From the NCBI RefSeq assembly GCF_009914755.1, contig NC_060926.1: 64,000 nt of DNA; one strand, 5' to 3'. The notes beneath the pieces are model-generated. The model worked only from the letters and a program-made list of their open reading frames with translations. It searched no databases and was not told where the DNA came from. Shown one piece after another: positions 1 through 16,213 of this stretch (position 1 is the stretch's first letter; every line of letters starts with the position of its first letter). Made by a program: the position numbers and the translations under genes. This stretch comes from the human T2T-CHM13v2.0 reference genome, Homo sapiens.

Positions 1-1870
1 ATCTCATGATAATCTCTCAGTCCTCAGGTTGTTAGTGTTTGATATCTCATGTATCTTGTCATTTCAGCCAAAACTTCTCATTCTACTAAGAAACAGAAAA
101 TGCATGTATCTTATTTTTAATACATGTACTAAAATTAGCATTGATATACTAAATAGACACGTGTAGCTTACACAACAATTTCAGATCTTCTAATTCTTAA
201 AGCTAGGGACTTTAGTATCCATGTATTAATTAATCCTGCTCATATAATGGGAAGTAGTCAAAAAATTGACAACAGAAAAAACTGTTGGCATTGTGTCTTA
301 TGCCTCATCGAGCAAATAATAGCACACCACCCTCATTTTCAGCAAAGTAGATTTGAGGAGGTAGAGAAAAGAAAAATTTCCGGAACTCATTGATTATTCT
401 AATTTTATGGAGCTTTGTTTAAAAAAGTTCAAGTTCTAAACAGTTGCTGTCATCTTTGCTTCATTTATTTAGTGCTTCTATTTCTGTCTCAAAATCATTT
501 TCAGGACTTTCAAAAATTGTATTATTACAAAGATAGAATCTGACTTCTCATCCTGTTTTTATAACGTATTACTTAATATACTACATCTTCTAGAACATAA
601 ACATCTTTCCAAACACCACATTTCTTTTTGTTTTTAAATATAGCAGCTATCATATGAGTAGCTTTTACATATTTTATTTCTGCTTTTGATCTTCAACTGA
701 GCTTTTGGAGGTTATCCAACTGAGTAGTGTCATTAAAGAAACAAATTTTGGTCATGGAATGCACCTCCTCTAACAGTAATACATAGACATTCACTTTGAC
801 CCCACATGTTGCTTTCATGTTACTTGTATTGTCAGCAAGACAAATGTTCTGTCTTCCCATCCTCTGCTGTAGGATTTCATTGATTTTACAATTATAATCT
901 CTGTTCCAAAAATGGCAGAGTCCTTTAGGAGCTGGATAATCATTCCAGGAACTGTTATTGAACCAAGTCTTACCTGGTGCAGATACATGGGGCACACTCC
1001 CATCTTCAGGTTGTATCGGAATCTTAGACACTGATTAAAATGTCAAAGTGAAGTCACAGCTAGTAGCCTTTGCCAGTAATATAAACTGGGTAGATAAATG
1101 TAAGTGTATATACCACTGACTAAAAAAGCAAAATTGACATGTGAAACTCAAAAATTCTTTCAGGAAACACTACTCTTTAGAGCAAAGTTGTTACTCAGCT
1201 TAAGAATTCTTAAAGTTAATTTCATTGTTTTCTGTTATTAAGCAAGTGATAAAGAATTTCATAGACTACAGTTTATATCATCTTTCCTTTATCTGATAAT
1301 TGCCAACAAGACAAAATTGACATTTTGGAGATGGTATACAGCATGTTGCCAAAAAGAAAAATCTGTTGAGAAACTCTGAAGGGGAGTAGATTCTCAAGGC
1401 TACAGAGTCTTAATTGCAAGATTGCAAAACCAGTCCATGAAATAAAGTGGAAATGGCTCAAAAATAAAGATCAAATGTGAATTTCATCAAGAGTTATAAA
1501 CCCCTCTCAAAGGAATTCAAAAGAGAAATTTCTCAGGTATTTTGTGAAATTCACAATGGAAATTCCCAAAGGAAATGTCTTATGTAACCATTAATATATG
1601 TCACATCCCTAACACTTAGCTCCACACGTTGCCCTCTTAGTTGAAGTATCTCCAGTACATCTTTGCTTTGCTTCTCTCAGTTTCTCGCTAGCTCATGCTC
1701 ACAAACATAAACCCAGGAACATGCACACATCCCTGGATCAAAGGTTCACATTTAACAAGGGTAATGTTCTTTTTTAGGTCCTTGGAGCTATTTTGCTCTA
1801 AAAACCCAACTCTCCTCTTTATTAAATTATCTATCTTTTGTTTTTCTTGTTAAATGAAATCCACCATTAA

Positions 1871-1972
1871 GATGGGCACAGTGGCTGAGGCAGGAGACTC
1901 GCTTGAGCCTGGGAGTTCAAGGCCAGCCTGAACAACATCCCAAGACCCTATCTCTAAAAAACAAACAAAAAA
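1871..1972 (+). mobile_element. Alu monomer (FLAM-like) with internal deletion
   Basis: Alu left-arm motifs, A tail, flanking direct repeat caccattaa. Confidence 0.8.
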
Positions 1973-2549
1973 ATCACCATTAACAGTTACTCGAACATGT
2001 ACATATTAAGTATCATATATAAACTCACATCAAAATATTACACTGTAAATATAGAATCTGGTGTTCCTATTACCAGTATTACTTGGCCTAAGGCCTGGTA
2101 CAGGAAAGCTTCTCCTATCATTGACAAGTACCCTCTTTGGAAGTAGAATTAAGCTCCTGCAGTTCTAAAATAAATCACTGTATATATGATTTCACAGCAT
2201 AACACATTTGTAAGTAGTAGTCTATTACCACACTGTCATTTTAAGATAGGGACTTGGACTCTTACAGTGTTAGTGGTAATAAAAAAGAAAAAGGCTACAG
2301 AAACTACTCTAAGCAAATTAATGCTGATAAAATTGAGGAGGGAGCTGAAAACTCATTTGGGATCCTGATAATGGGGAAGTCATGATAGCATCAACAAGAA
2401 TATTTTGAAGGAAGAATACAGATAATATTCATTTCAGGCATATTGAGTTTGACATGACAGCATGTCATTGGAAACAACATGGGAGCATAGGAAAAAAATT
2501 AGACGCTAAATACGGAGATTTGGGAACTAGCCATAAAAAAAATTATATA

Positions 2550-2851
<302 letters not shown>

Positions 2852-4286
2852 GTATATATGTCTATATAGATATATACAGATATATATACACATATATAGA
2901 CATATATATAGAGACATATAGAGACATATATATATGTGCGTATGTGTGTTTATAGCCCTTTATCTACCATTACAGAATCCAGAAAGCTCTGAAAACTCAG
3001 AGGTTTGTTTGTTTTTCAAGACTCATTTGGATGCAATTATTAATTCATTATCATTTATCCTACTTAGTATAAATATTCATATATTGTGCTACTTCAGAAA
3101 TAATTTATTTGATTATGGGATATCATAATATATAGAGCAGTACTACACTGGGAGTATTGTATAATATATGGATATGTATCATGTTAGCCTTCTAAATTCT
3201 GAATTCCAAAATACATCTCACCTCAAGGATTTCATGGAAGGAATTACAGACATATATTTGAAGTCATAAGCACAAATATAATTTCACAGACAAAAAAAAC
3301 ACCTCCAAAACTGATCCTTGATGTACAGCTACATTTCCATAACCAGGAAGATAGAAAAATAGAAAGGAGGAGTAACACTCAGATGATAAGTACCAACAGA
3401 AACAACGCTAAGGAACTTTATTGCTTTCTCCCTGATATCTAAGAGTGGGCTTTTTTCCAGCAGTATAGGGTATACAAGTAAAAACATGATGAATGTTTAA
3501 AATGCAGCTTTTTGAGAAGGTAGATTTTAAATACTCCTACATAGTACAATGCATGGATCACAGCGTTGCATAAAATTTTAATTGTCTTTTTTTGTGAGAT
3601 TGTTGTGATATAAAATGGAAAGCTAATATGATTTTTCTCCTGGAAATTCTACTTTTTGTTTTTTTTGGTGGGGGGAGACCATACTATTCATAACAATGAA
3701 ATTGAGTTAGAAAATCTTAATCCTCACCCTGATTACCATTAATTGCTTGTGATAGCAAGCAAACCAATTGTTTTGCTTGTCTTTTTAGTCTTCATATCTG
3801 TAACTAGATGTGAATAGAGGGAGTAGACCAGATGGTCTCAAAGCTGACTTCGAAATTTAATGTATGTCCTAATCTATCAAAATAATTCTTTACCAAGAAT
3901 TACAATAATGAAAATTAAGTTACTGATACATAAGAAATAAAATGTGAGAAAAAAATTTAAAATGATAAAAACTAGCTTTTTAAAGCATTCTATTTAATAT
4001 TAGTTAGATAAGCCTATTGTATAGTTGGACTGATTTTTTTATCCATTTGTCAGTTTTACTGAATGCTTTTCTATTGTTTTGGGTACAATTTTAAATTTAA
4101 ATTTTCCCTATAATGTACATTCAGTGCTTTGTTCTATGTTTCTTTTTATAACTTTGTGAAATACTTCTTAAGCCTTTAGCACATAAAATTTCCATACTGT
4201 ATAAGGTAATGTAAATGTTCATCTAAAATAAGTTCAGAATCAAAGGAACTTGACTTGTCGAACCAGAATAAAAGCGTCAAACATGA

Positions 4287-4601
<315 letters not shown>

Positions 4602-6028
4602 ACGTGAGAATTTTTTTAAGTAGAGGGGAATTTAGTGATGATTTAATCATGCTAGGTTTTATAGTTAAAGAAATCCTGAGAAGTAAGTGACTTAAGTGGT
4701 TGTGTGCTGGGTAGTGGCAGAGTTAGTTCATTGTTTCCCCACTATATTCTGTTGCTGCCTGTGAATAAAAAATGAGAACCATGTTCAAGGAATATTATTT
4801 TGTTAGTAGCATTTAGATTGCAGAGATAATAGGAGGGATTGGTAGGATTCTTCCCCCATATGGTGAAACAGTCATGCTTATTGAACTATGAAATGCCCTT
4901 TATACATTACACGACGTATATGTTACCTCATATAATCCTATAATAGCCATGTAAGGTAGGTGCTAACATCCCTGTAGAGATGAAGATACTGAGGTTCATA
5001 AAAGGTAGTAACTTACCCAAACAGCTTATAAGAACAGCTTATAAGCCAGGGTTGTGTGATTCTATTATTCTGCCACTGTATCACATTGTGGCCTCCCAGA
5101 CCAAGACAAATGAAAAGGGGGAAAAGATTCTGAAAGAATATGTAATGCAGATAAAGTCATTATATTAGGAAACTCAAATTTGATATTTTCTGCTTTTGGC
5201 AGATTTGGGGAGCTCCATGATTATGTGCTTCTTGAACAAGCCGACTTCTTCCTGGGTGCCTACCATTTGAAAAGCACTGTTGGGAAAACAGAGAAGTGTA
5301 AGACATAGAAGAAGCATAAAATAGTTTACTTATTGTCACCCAAACAGATTTAAAGGAATATTAATTATTCATACAGAATATATTTTATAAATATATGTTC
5401 TAATCATAAAAATAATACATATTAATTTTAGAAAATGCAGAAAGGATAAAGAATTACCAGTAATCCCACCTTAAGTGAGTCAGCACATTTTCCATTCCGA
5501 TACTCTCCTTTTGGTACGAGTACACATTCTGACAAGTCCTCAGAAAATTAATGTGAGTAGATAATGGAAATCTTTACTTTATGTGAATATACTTCATGCA
5601 AAAGATACCTCACACAGCTTTGGTGAAGGGTAATTTACTTTAAGGTGGAACTGAAGGACCATGCTTTTTAGGAAACCCGCAAGGTTGGTGGTAAACAGAA
5701 TAGCTATAATTCAAAATGCAATGAAAGCCTTAGTGTTTGCTTGGACTTTTTAGGCCTGCTGACTAACAGTGGTAATGTATGAAATCGCATTCAACATTCC
5801 TTTGACCTTGAAACATCCACTGTGGAATGAGGATTCAAGACAGAGCTGGTGCTCCCACACTAAAAAGTCATAACACCCGTGATTGCAACCACGGAACTGC
5901 TCTGCCTTCAAGTCTGGTCCATATCCCTCTCTTGAGCATTACGAAACTCAGAACTAACTCATTATCATTGGAGCAATATTATTCCCTGTTCTAAAATGGT
6001 ACCGCAAATGAGTAGACTTAGACTATAA

Positions 6029-6163
<135 letters not shown>

Positions 6164-6259
6164 TAAGTCTTCAAGATTTATTTATTTAAACTAAATCTAA
6201 TAAAATAACTATCTGCTCTAACTATATGACATAATGGAAATTGAGTCTGAGGCAAATTA

Positions 6260-6924
<665 letters not shown>

Positions 6925-6950
6925 TCACTTAGTAAAGTGACTGTTGGTTG

Positions 6951-7254
6951 GTTTTTTGTTATTTTTCTTTTAAGACAGAGTCTCACTCTGTCACCCAAGC
7001 CGGAGTGCAGTGGCGCAAGCATGGCTTGCTGCAGCCTTAACCTCCTGGGCTCAGGCAATCATCTTGCCTCAGCCTCCCAAGTAGCTGAGACTACAAGCAT
7101 ATGTCACCACACCCAACTAATTGTTTAAACTTCTTGTAGAGATAGGATCTCACTATGTTGCTCAGGCTTGTCTTGAACTCCTGGACTCGAGCAGTGTTCC
7201 CACCTCGACCTTCTGAAGTGCTGGGATTATAGCTGTGAACCACTGTGCCCAGCC
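6951..7254 (-). mobile_element. Alu (AluJ-like)
   Basis: Antisense dimer with older diagnostic sequence. Confidence 0.92.
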
Positions 7255-8679
7255 AATTTATTTTTCCTTTAATTTTCTTAGTATTATATGAATTTTAAAC
7301 AAGTTGACATTGAATCATTTTTGAGGAAAACATATTTTAAATAAATTCTAGCAGCCAGATCACTTATAAAATAAGGTAAGTTGAATATTTACCTAATAAA
7401 TGCATACAGAGCACACTGTGCCATCTGGCTCCAGAATTCTCACCATCCACCATAATACCATAGTCTGTTTCAAAAGATAGAGTGGTGGGCTTTAGTTCCT
7501 TAGACTTGGAGTTCATTTGACATATGCCTTAACGTTATTATTGGTGACCTCTCAATAGGATAAGAGGAGAAGAGCAGATACATACTTCATTCTTCAACTA
7601 TGTGATTCTTTTTCTTGATGTACCCTATCCATGTGAATATAATCCTTTTTATTTTTGCTAATTTGAAAGGTGAGGAATAACATCTCAAGGTTTTTATAGC
7701 AGTTCTAGTATTAAGGGAGCATTTTTTTTCACATTTATTAGCCATTGAATTCTAAGAAAAACACTGTTAGCCTTATTTGTTGCAGTCATTGTTTCCTCAG
7801 TCAACTAGGAATGTGTGTATATTTGTAGTGAAGGAGATGAGGAAAAGAAGCTGCTATTAATTTGATAACTGTCATAAATTTTTGTTTTTAATCTTTTTGG
7901 GTTTTCTACTTGCTGAGAGTGTTTTAATCATACCACAGTTTTCAGAGTCCTTTTATAATTTTAGATAATCTCCCTCATATGGCCTCTTTCTTTAAAAAAA
8001 AATCCATATCTCCTTTCTAATTTGATTAATCCTTTTTTCTTTATTAGGTTTGCCAGTAATTTCTCTATTTATGTACTTTGTTCTTTTTTTGTAAATTCTT
8101 TATTTTTGATCTTATCTTTATTATTTGCTGTTTTATAACTTTGGTGTTCTTTTCTAAATTTTTGAGGCAAATGTTCCTCTCTTTTAACTTATTTGTCTAA
8201 TGGAGTTTTTTGTTTGGTTGGTTTTTGTTTTCCAAGAAGTTGAGAGTTTTCTGGTTAAAATTTTAATATTGAGGCATAGTTTACTTTTCTCTTTCTTTTT
8301 AATTTAAAAAATATTTCCTTGCAGCTGTTTATAGATAAAAAAATTCTATAAATATTTTAGGTAAAGTAAACCGTTTCAATTCTAGATGGTATTGATTCCC
8401 TCCCATTTACAAGCTACATATGTAGGTTTCCATAGTTTCTCCCTTCTCACTCTTCACTACCTTCCAATATTTTTATATTATGTTTATGTTGTCAACAGTT
8501 TGTGATATTTACATTGTCTTCAGAAATCATAATTCTTACAATTGTACGGTCTTAGTTTCATATTTAAATGGATTCAGTGCCCATTTCTTTTATTGCAGCT
8601 TTTTCATTCTTAGGTTATCTGTACTAAGTCTAGACACTTAATTGGCTGGATTTTATCAGTAATTAAGTTTTATTAATTG

Positions 8680-9510
8680 GGCTTTTAAAATTTTTTAGAT
8701 TTACAGAAAAAATTGAGGAAGAAATGCAGAGTTTCCATATGTCCCCTTTGCCCCTCCAATTTCCCCTGTTATTGGCATCTTGTGTTAGTGTGGTATATTT
8801 GCTTACAATCAATGAGCCAATATTGACACATTATTATTAACTAAAGTCCCTAGTTTACATTAGAGTTCACTCTTTATGTTGTACATTTTATGGGTTTTGA
8901 CAGATCTTTAATGACATGTGTCTACCATAACAGTATGATACAAAATAGTTTCACTACCCTAAAAATTCCCTGTGCTTAACCTATTTATCCCTCCTTGCCC
9001 TCCCCACAAGTCCCTGACCTTTTTACTGTCTCTGTAGTTTTATTTTGTTTTAATAGATAAAGTTTTGAATTTATTGAAAGTTTTTTTATAATATCCTCTT
9101 ACTTTTTCAATGTCTGTGGAATCTGTAGTGATATCCCCTTTTTCATTCTTTTTCTTTTTAAAAAACTTATTTATTTTATTAAGGTATGGTTGATAAATAG
9201 AAATTATACATACAGTGTACATGGTGCTTTGAGATATATATATAGTAAAATAGTTAAATCAAGCTAATTAACATATCTGTCACCTTACATACTTATCATT
9301 TTTTGTTATGAGAAAATTTAAGATCTCCTTAAGTAATTTTCAAATATACAGTACATTATTATTAGCTGTAGTCATCATGCTGTACTATAGATCTCCTGAA
9401 CTTACTACTTATCCTAATTGAACTCTCTCCACAGTTTTAGTTTTGCCTTTTCCAGATTTTCATATAGTTTGAATAATACATTATGTAGCCTTTTCAGATT
9501 ACTTCTTTTG
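8680..9510 (-). mobile_element. Old L1 fragments (L1M-type)
   Basis: L1M 3'UTR-like sequence; minus frame 9040-9222 contains NEKGDITTDSTDIEKVRGYYKK, similar to L1 ORF2p. Confidence 0.8.
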
Positions 9511-9694
9511 GTGGTGAGTATTTAAAACAACATTTAGGGATAACATTTTACTGCTCTGTAATCTTTTTTTTCTCTTTTAGCTGCCACTTTTTAAAGTGTA
9601 TGATTTTAGACTACACCCCTTCACTTGTTCACCACTACCACAGTTTTTTGCTGGTTTTTACTATATTTGGGTTACTTGTTAAGAATTGGGGGAG

Positions 9695-9801
9695 ACTGCT
9701 CTGGGCACACTACCTGTAGGGTAGCCCTGCTCTGCAAGGAGCAATACAAAAAAAGAAAAATAAATTTTTAATTAAAAATATAAAATTATATATTAAGAAA
9801 A
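9695..9801 (+). mobile_element. Short poly(A)-tailed retroposed fragment (body resembles an ERVL LTR40-type segment, from memory)
   Basis: ~52-nt body, A-rich tail, 14-bp TSD aagaattgggggag (9681-9694) / aagaattaggggag (9802-9815). Confidence 0.7.
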
Positions 9802-9810
9802 AAGAATTAG

Positions 9811-10352
<542 letters not shown>

Positions 10353-10514
10353 CTACATAAAAGTTCTATACTGTAGTGTTCACTGTTATGAGCATAGAAT
10401 TAATCTCATGTCCTTTTTCACTTTTTAATATCCTATCCTCGTAGAACACTGTGCTGCAACTGCGTTAGAAAAATTTGCAGTCTTGATCTTCTCTCAGTAA
10501 AATTAGTGGTAGTA

Positions 10515-10811
10515 GGCCTGGCTTAGTGGCTAACACCTGTAATCCCAGCATTTTGGGAGGCCGAGGTGGGTGGATCATTTGAGGTCAGGAGTTTGAGACC
10601 AGCCTGATCAGCATGGTGAGACCCTGTCTCTACTAAAAATACAAAACTTAGCTGGGCGTGGTGGTGCATGCCTGTATTCCCAGGTATTCAGGAGGCTGAG
10701 GCACGAGAATTGCTTGAGCCTGGAGGTGAAGGTTGCAGTGAGCTGAGATTGTGCCACCGCACTGCAGCCTGGACGACAGAATGAGACTCCATCTCAAAAA
10801 AAGAAAAAAGA
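10515..10811 (+). mobile_element. Alu
   Basis: Full dimer; TSD aaaattagtggtagta on both sides. Confidence 0.95.
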
Positions 10812-11759
10812 AAATTAGTGGTAGTAGAGAAAAATCTAGAGAGGGCAACTTCAAGGGAAGGAATGAAGTTGAAGTTTATGAGAACTCACTCAGTGATTCA
10901 GTCTCTTCCGGGAGAAAAGCCGAAGATAAAGAAGTTGATTGAAGTTTGTTAAACTGCAAATTATCAATATGATAAACTCTACCTTATTTATTAAATCTCA
11001 GAATGTTAGAACAAAAGGCTAATTTAGCTTCGAAGTCCGAAGAAGATAGATTTCATTGAACTAAAAGGAAATTCAGCTTCAAAGTTAGATCAAATAGCAC
11101 GTTAGCTAGGCATCGTTTTCCTCTCTTCTGCCCCTCCCCAGTCTCCATCCCAGGTTAGTTACTATGTCTTAGTGAAATGTTCCCACTAGCACCCAGGTTT
11201 ATAGCTATCATAATACTTTCATATCTTATTTTAATTATCAAATTATCTGTCTTCTTTGTGAGACTGGAGTCTCCTTAGGATCTTTTCCAGTATGTTATTC
11301 ACAATCCTCAACATATAGTTAGCATTCAGTGAATGGGGGTTAGCGTAGGGAAGAGTACAAGTAGACAATAAATGTATATAATTCATTTCTATTGGAAAAA
11401 CAAGATTAAAGTATACCTGGCCTTTTTTTCAGATGAAAAATTTAAATACCTATAGTGGAGTATTAAGAAAATCTAGATTATTTGGTTGAACAGTAGAACC
11501 CTGATTCTTATAAAAATTAAAATGCTGCTTGGTTTAGTCAAGTCAAGTCAGTGTTTGGTTCTTGACTCCAAGCAAAATGTGAAGATGCCTATAAAACACT
11601 GAGATCAAGAGAAGAGAAATGTAAGCAACAGGAATCCACATTGGAATTCCAATTAAGACCCTGATTAGGCACAGACAAGCCCCATTTTTATAGGATATAT
11701 TATTTAAATGAAGATTCTTGCATTTCAAAGTTCTGTGATCCAGCACTAACTCTGTTACC

Positions 11760-12112
11760 ATCTAGCGCATGGGCCAAATCTGATAATGGTGTATTTTGTT
11801 TTGCCTGCCTAACAAAATTTGCAAGATTTTGGACAAAATCCATAGTCTACTTTTAAAAACAAAATGACCTAGTGACCCTGGACCTACACTGTAGTAAGAT
11901 GTTCCCTTTAAATAGAACATGTGTTTTCCAGTTTGCTTCAGTTTTAAAAACAAAATGACCTAGTAATCCTGGACCTACACCCCCAGTAACAAGCTCCCTT
12001 TAAATAGTACATGTACTTTACAGTTTGCTTCAGTCCCCACTGCTCCCAGCCCACTTATTCCTTATTTGTTTACTTGACTTGTTCCTAAAGGCATTTGAGT
12101 TGGTAATCCCTC
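11760..12112 (-). mobile_element. MER102-like hAT-Charlie DNA transposon remnant with internal tandem duplication
   Basis: End segment ...cagtttgcttcagtccccac...ggcatttgagttggtaatccct resembles the reverse complement of MER102 as I recall it. Confidence 0.55.
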
Positions 12113-12234
12113 ATAGCCTCCTAGAATCTCAGCCTTACAAGGGCTCACCAGCTCTCCCCAACTGATGGCTTGGATCTTAGCTCTAGTTCACTGGCTTTCA
12201 AACTTTATCTGCACTCTAGAGGAATAGTCTAGGG

Positions 12235-12566
12235 CAGCAGTCCACAACCTTTTTGACACCAGGGACAGGTTTCATGGAAGACAATTTTTTTTTCTACGAC
12301 GGGGGTGGGGTGGTTTCAGGATGAAACTTTTCCACCTCAGTTCAGTAGGCATTAGATTCTCATAAGGAACGTTCAGCCTAGATCCCTCGCGTGCGCGGTT
12401 CACAATAAGGTTCACATTCCTATGAGAATCTAATGCCACAGCTGATTTGACAGGAGGCAGAGCTCAGGTGGTAATGCTCACTTGCCCTCCGCTCACCTCC
12501 TGCTCTGCAGCCAGGTTCCTAACAGGCCATGGACAGGTCTGCAGCCCCAGGATTTGGGGACCCCTG
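12235..12566 (+). mobile_element. MER1B-like hAT-Charlie MITE
   Basis: Termini cagcagtccacaacc / ttggggacccctg; internal inverted repeat ggcattagattctcataagg / cctatgagaatctaatgcc. Confidence 0.88.
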
Positions 12567-13411
12567 GTTCCAGGCCATATATTCTCCCAGCAGTCCAAAC
12601 TTCTGATTAAACAGAAGCAGCTCTGATTTCATTCCTTTACATATTGTGTTTCCTTAGAAAAATTTCAGTTAGGGTTAGAGGTTAAGTTTTCTTTTGTAAG
12701 TGGTAGTGCTCTCGTTCAAGTGTTCAAATTCAACCCCTCATTTTGCTAATGGGAGAAAAGGAATTAGAAATAAAGTGTTTTGTCCATGGTTACAGGGCTA
12801 GTTAATGTCAGAGCTCCTCCCACCAATTTAAGTGGCTTAATAATTCGTAGGGTAATGCTCAATGCTTTCGTAGATTTTTATATAGCTGCATATAAATCTT
12901 CATAATTTGTAAGGGATATTTCTCAAAATTCTAATAATGTTTATGCTGCTTAGCACCTAAAAGACCAAGAGTCAGAACATATTCTTTACTGTTTTATATA
13001 AATTTTTATAAATGTGTAAGTATATTATAAATATGTATTTGCATATGATTGAAGCAGAAAGAGTAAAACTAAGCAAACTATCTATGCTTGCCTCTGCTAT
13101 GGTGTGCAAAAAGTATATACTAAAACTTTGCTTTTTATTAACACATGAAAAGCCAATATATAATGCAGATTAATACTTAATTTAGCATCACAGTTTTGAT
13201 ACCCTTCAGGCCTAGTTTTTGAAAAACGCCTGCCTATAGAGAAAGTAAGTCTAGATGTGTGCTAAATCCAGTTAAAAGTACACTTCCAATTTTGGAGAGC
13301 CTGGATAACTCACTAATTCCAAGGACTGCATATTAGACTGCACATATGAATTGTGCTTTTAAAATCATCACCAGATGTTTCCCTACTGCAGCACTTACAA
13401 ATCTTTATTAT

Positions 13412-14004
<593 letters not shown>

Positions 14005-15165
14005 TGAGACCTCAGCTTTGTAGTATTTCCTGTTCACCGTATCTTATTCATATTTACCGCCCACTTGCAAGGATTTCCATTAAATTTTAAAGATGAGTTA
14101 ACATCTTATAATAACATTTTCCCTTCAAGTTGAATCGTCACCTTTTTGAATGGAGTGTGTCATTGAAAGTTTTGAAAAGCATATCTCCTTACTAGCTGTG
14201 TAACTTCAAGTAATTAGTTGAGAAAGAATGGTGAGAGAGGGGGCTAAATATAAACATACGAAGAGGCTTTATATACCACTCTGATGAATTTTATTTAATA
14301 CTAAAGCCTGGGAACTGTCGAAGGATTTCAAATGATAAATGAACATGAGATTTCCATTTAGAAAGATCTTTCTGGTATCAGTGGAAACTCATTACAATGC
14401 TATTGCAGTAGTCTGGGCAAGGAAGAATGCAAACCTAAACTAAATCTTCCAGAGTTATCTGATACTCGAGTGGTTGATGGAAGAAAGAATTATTACTAAA
14501 GGGAAAAAGCAAAATAGGAGGATGACCCTTTGGTAGAAGCAGGAAACAAGACCAACTGTGAGGAGCTAGGGAATCTGATGGAATGTAACTGCTGACTTAA
14601 GTCAGAAATTTAAGGCACTGCGTGCCCTGTCATCACATTTGTGGTCATATTTTTTTAATGGAGTTTGTGTTTAGGTCTTTCTTAGTCCTGTGACTTGATG
14701 ATTCATCTTCTTGTTCTTTAAAAGTCAAAAGGCTTTTTGACCTTTAAATAACTCTTACATCTGGTCATCACTGTTGAAATGTTCTACTAAATTTTCAGAG
14801 TGGAAAAGTTTTAGGCTTAAAACTGACTGGTAAAAATAGAATATTTCTTTGTATTGATTTTTCAGTATAGCTGTACAGCCAGTTATCCTTCGTTAAGTGT
14901 TTCGGTATTAAAACTGCTCACATTTGTAAATATTGAGCAGCTTTATTGTCAGAACAAGAATCCCTTGGTTTCCCAATCCCCAACTTTTAACATTGTAATT
15001 AAACATCCTGTATAACCTATTTTATTCTCTGCCAAACAATTTTATGACTGCTGTTTTTACTCTTTGTGATGAAAATGGGATGGAGAAGATAAGGTTCTTT
15101 GTCCTTATGGTGGTATTTATTATCATCCTCCATCAATGCAGATTGGGTAAATAGAGAAAAATTCA

Positions 15166-15631
<466 letters not shown>

Positions 15632-16120
15632 TTAAAACTGGTCACTAGGTAATGTGAAGCTGACTTTCTATTAGGCTCATGTTACACTCTTACAAGGCAT
15701 GATTATATATGGTGTGGAAATTGTATTCAGGCTAGTGTAAGTTACTAGTCTGGTACAAAGAAGGGAAATGGCAGTTTGTATGCAGGATAGACCATCAAAT
15801 GCTTTACAAAGGAGAGAACAGTTGATCTGATGCTCACACCATGAATAGGACTTACCCATTGAAGCAGGTTGGTTTGTTCATAAAGATAAAGGGATGCCCA
15901 TTCAAAGGCACAGAGATTAAGAAAAGTATAGAGAACTGCAGGTAATTCTGTAAAGAACCTAAAAACTAAATCAGTAAAAGTAGACATGGCTTTCAGAGAG
16001 GAGTCATAACATAGTTGAACATACAGCCTGCATTAAAACTTTGGTCTCCTTTTGTATCCGTATGCCTGTGGAGAGCACAGAGTACTTAAAGCCAATGTTA
16101 TTTTAATGGAATTTCTTCAG

Positions 16121-16213
16121 ATGCCGAAAGTTCAGTATAAATCGAACTGTAAACCATCCACATTTGCATATCCTGCCCCTCTGGAAGTACCAAAAGAAAA
16201 AGAAAAGGAAAAG
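16121..16213 (+). CDS. PSMD1: PSMD1 coding exon, probably exon 21 (93 nt, phase 0-0)
   Basis: Acceptor atttcttcag|, donor |gtaggt; [31 protein letters not shown]. Confidence 0.96.

Noticed and set aside
693-1031. 112-aa minus-strand ORF
   Set aside because: Non-ATG start, no recognisable domain, runs through a splice-donor-like site; not HTR2B coding sequence
14600-14775. Minus-strand C/D snoRNA-like motifs (two GTGATGA and a CTGA)
   Set aside because: Antisense to the host gene, no convincing terminal stem, no recognisable guide sequence
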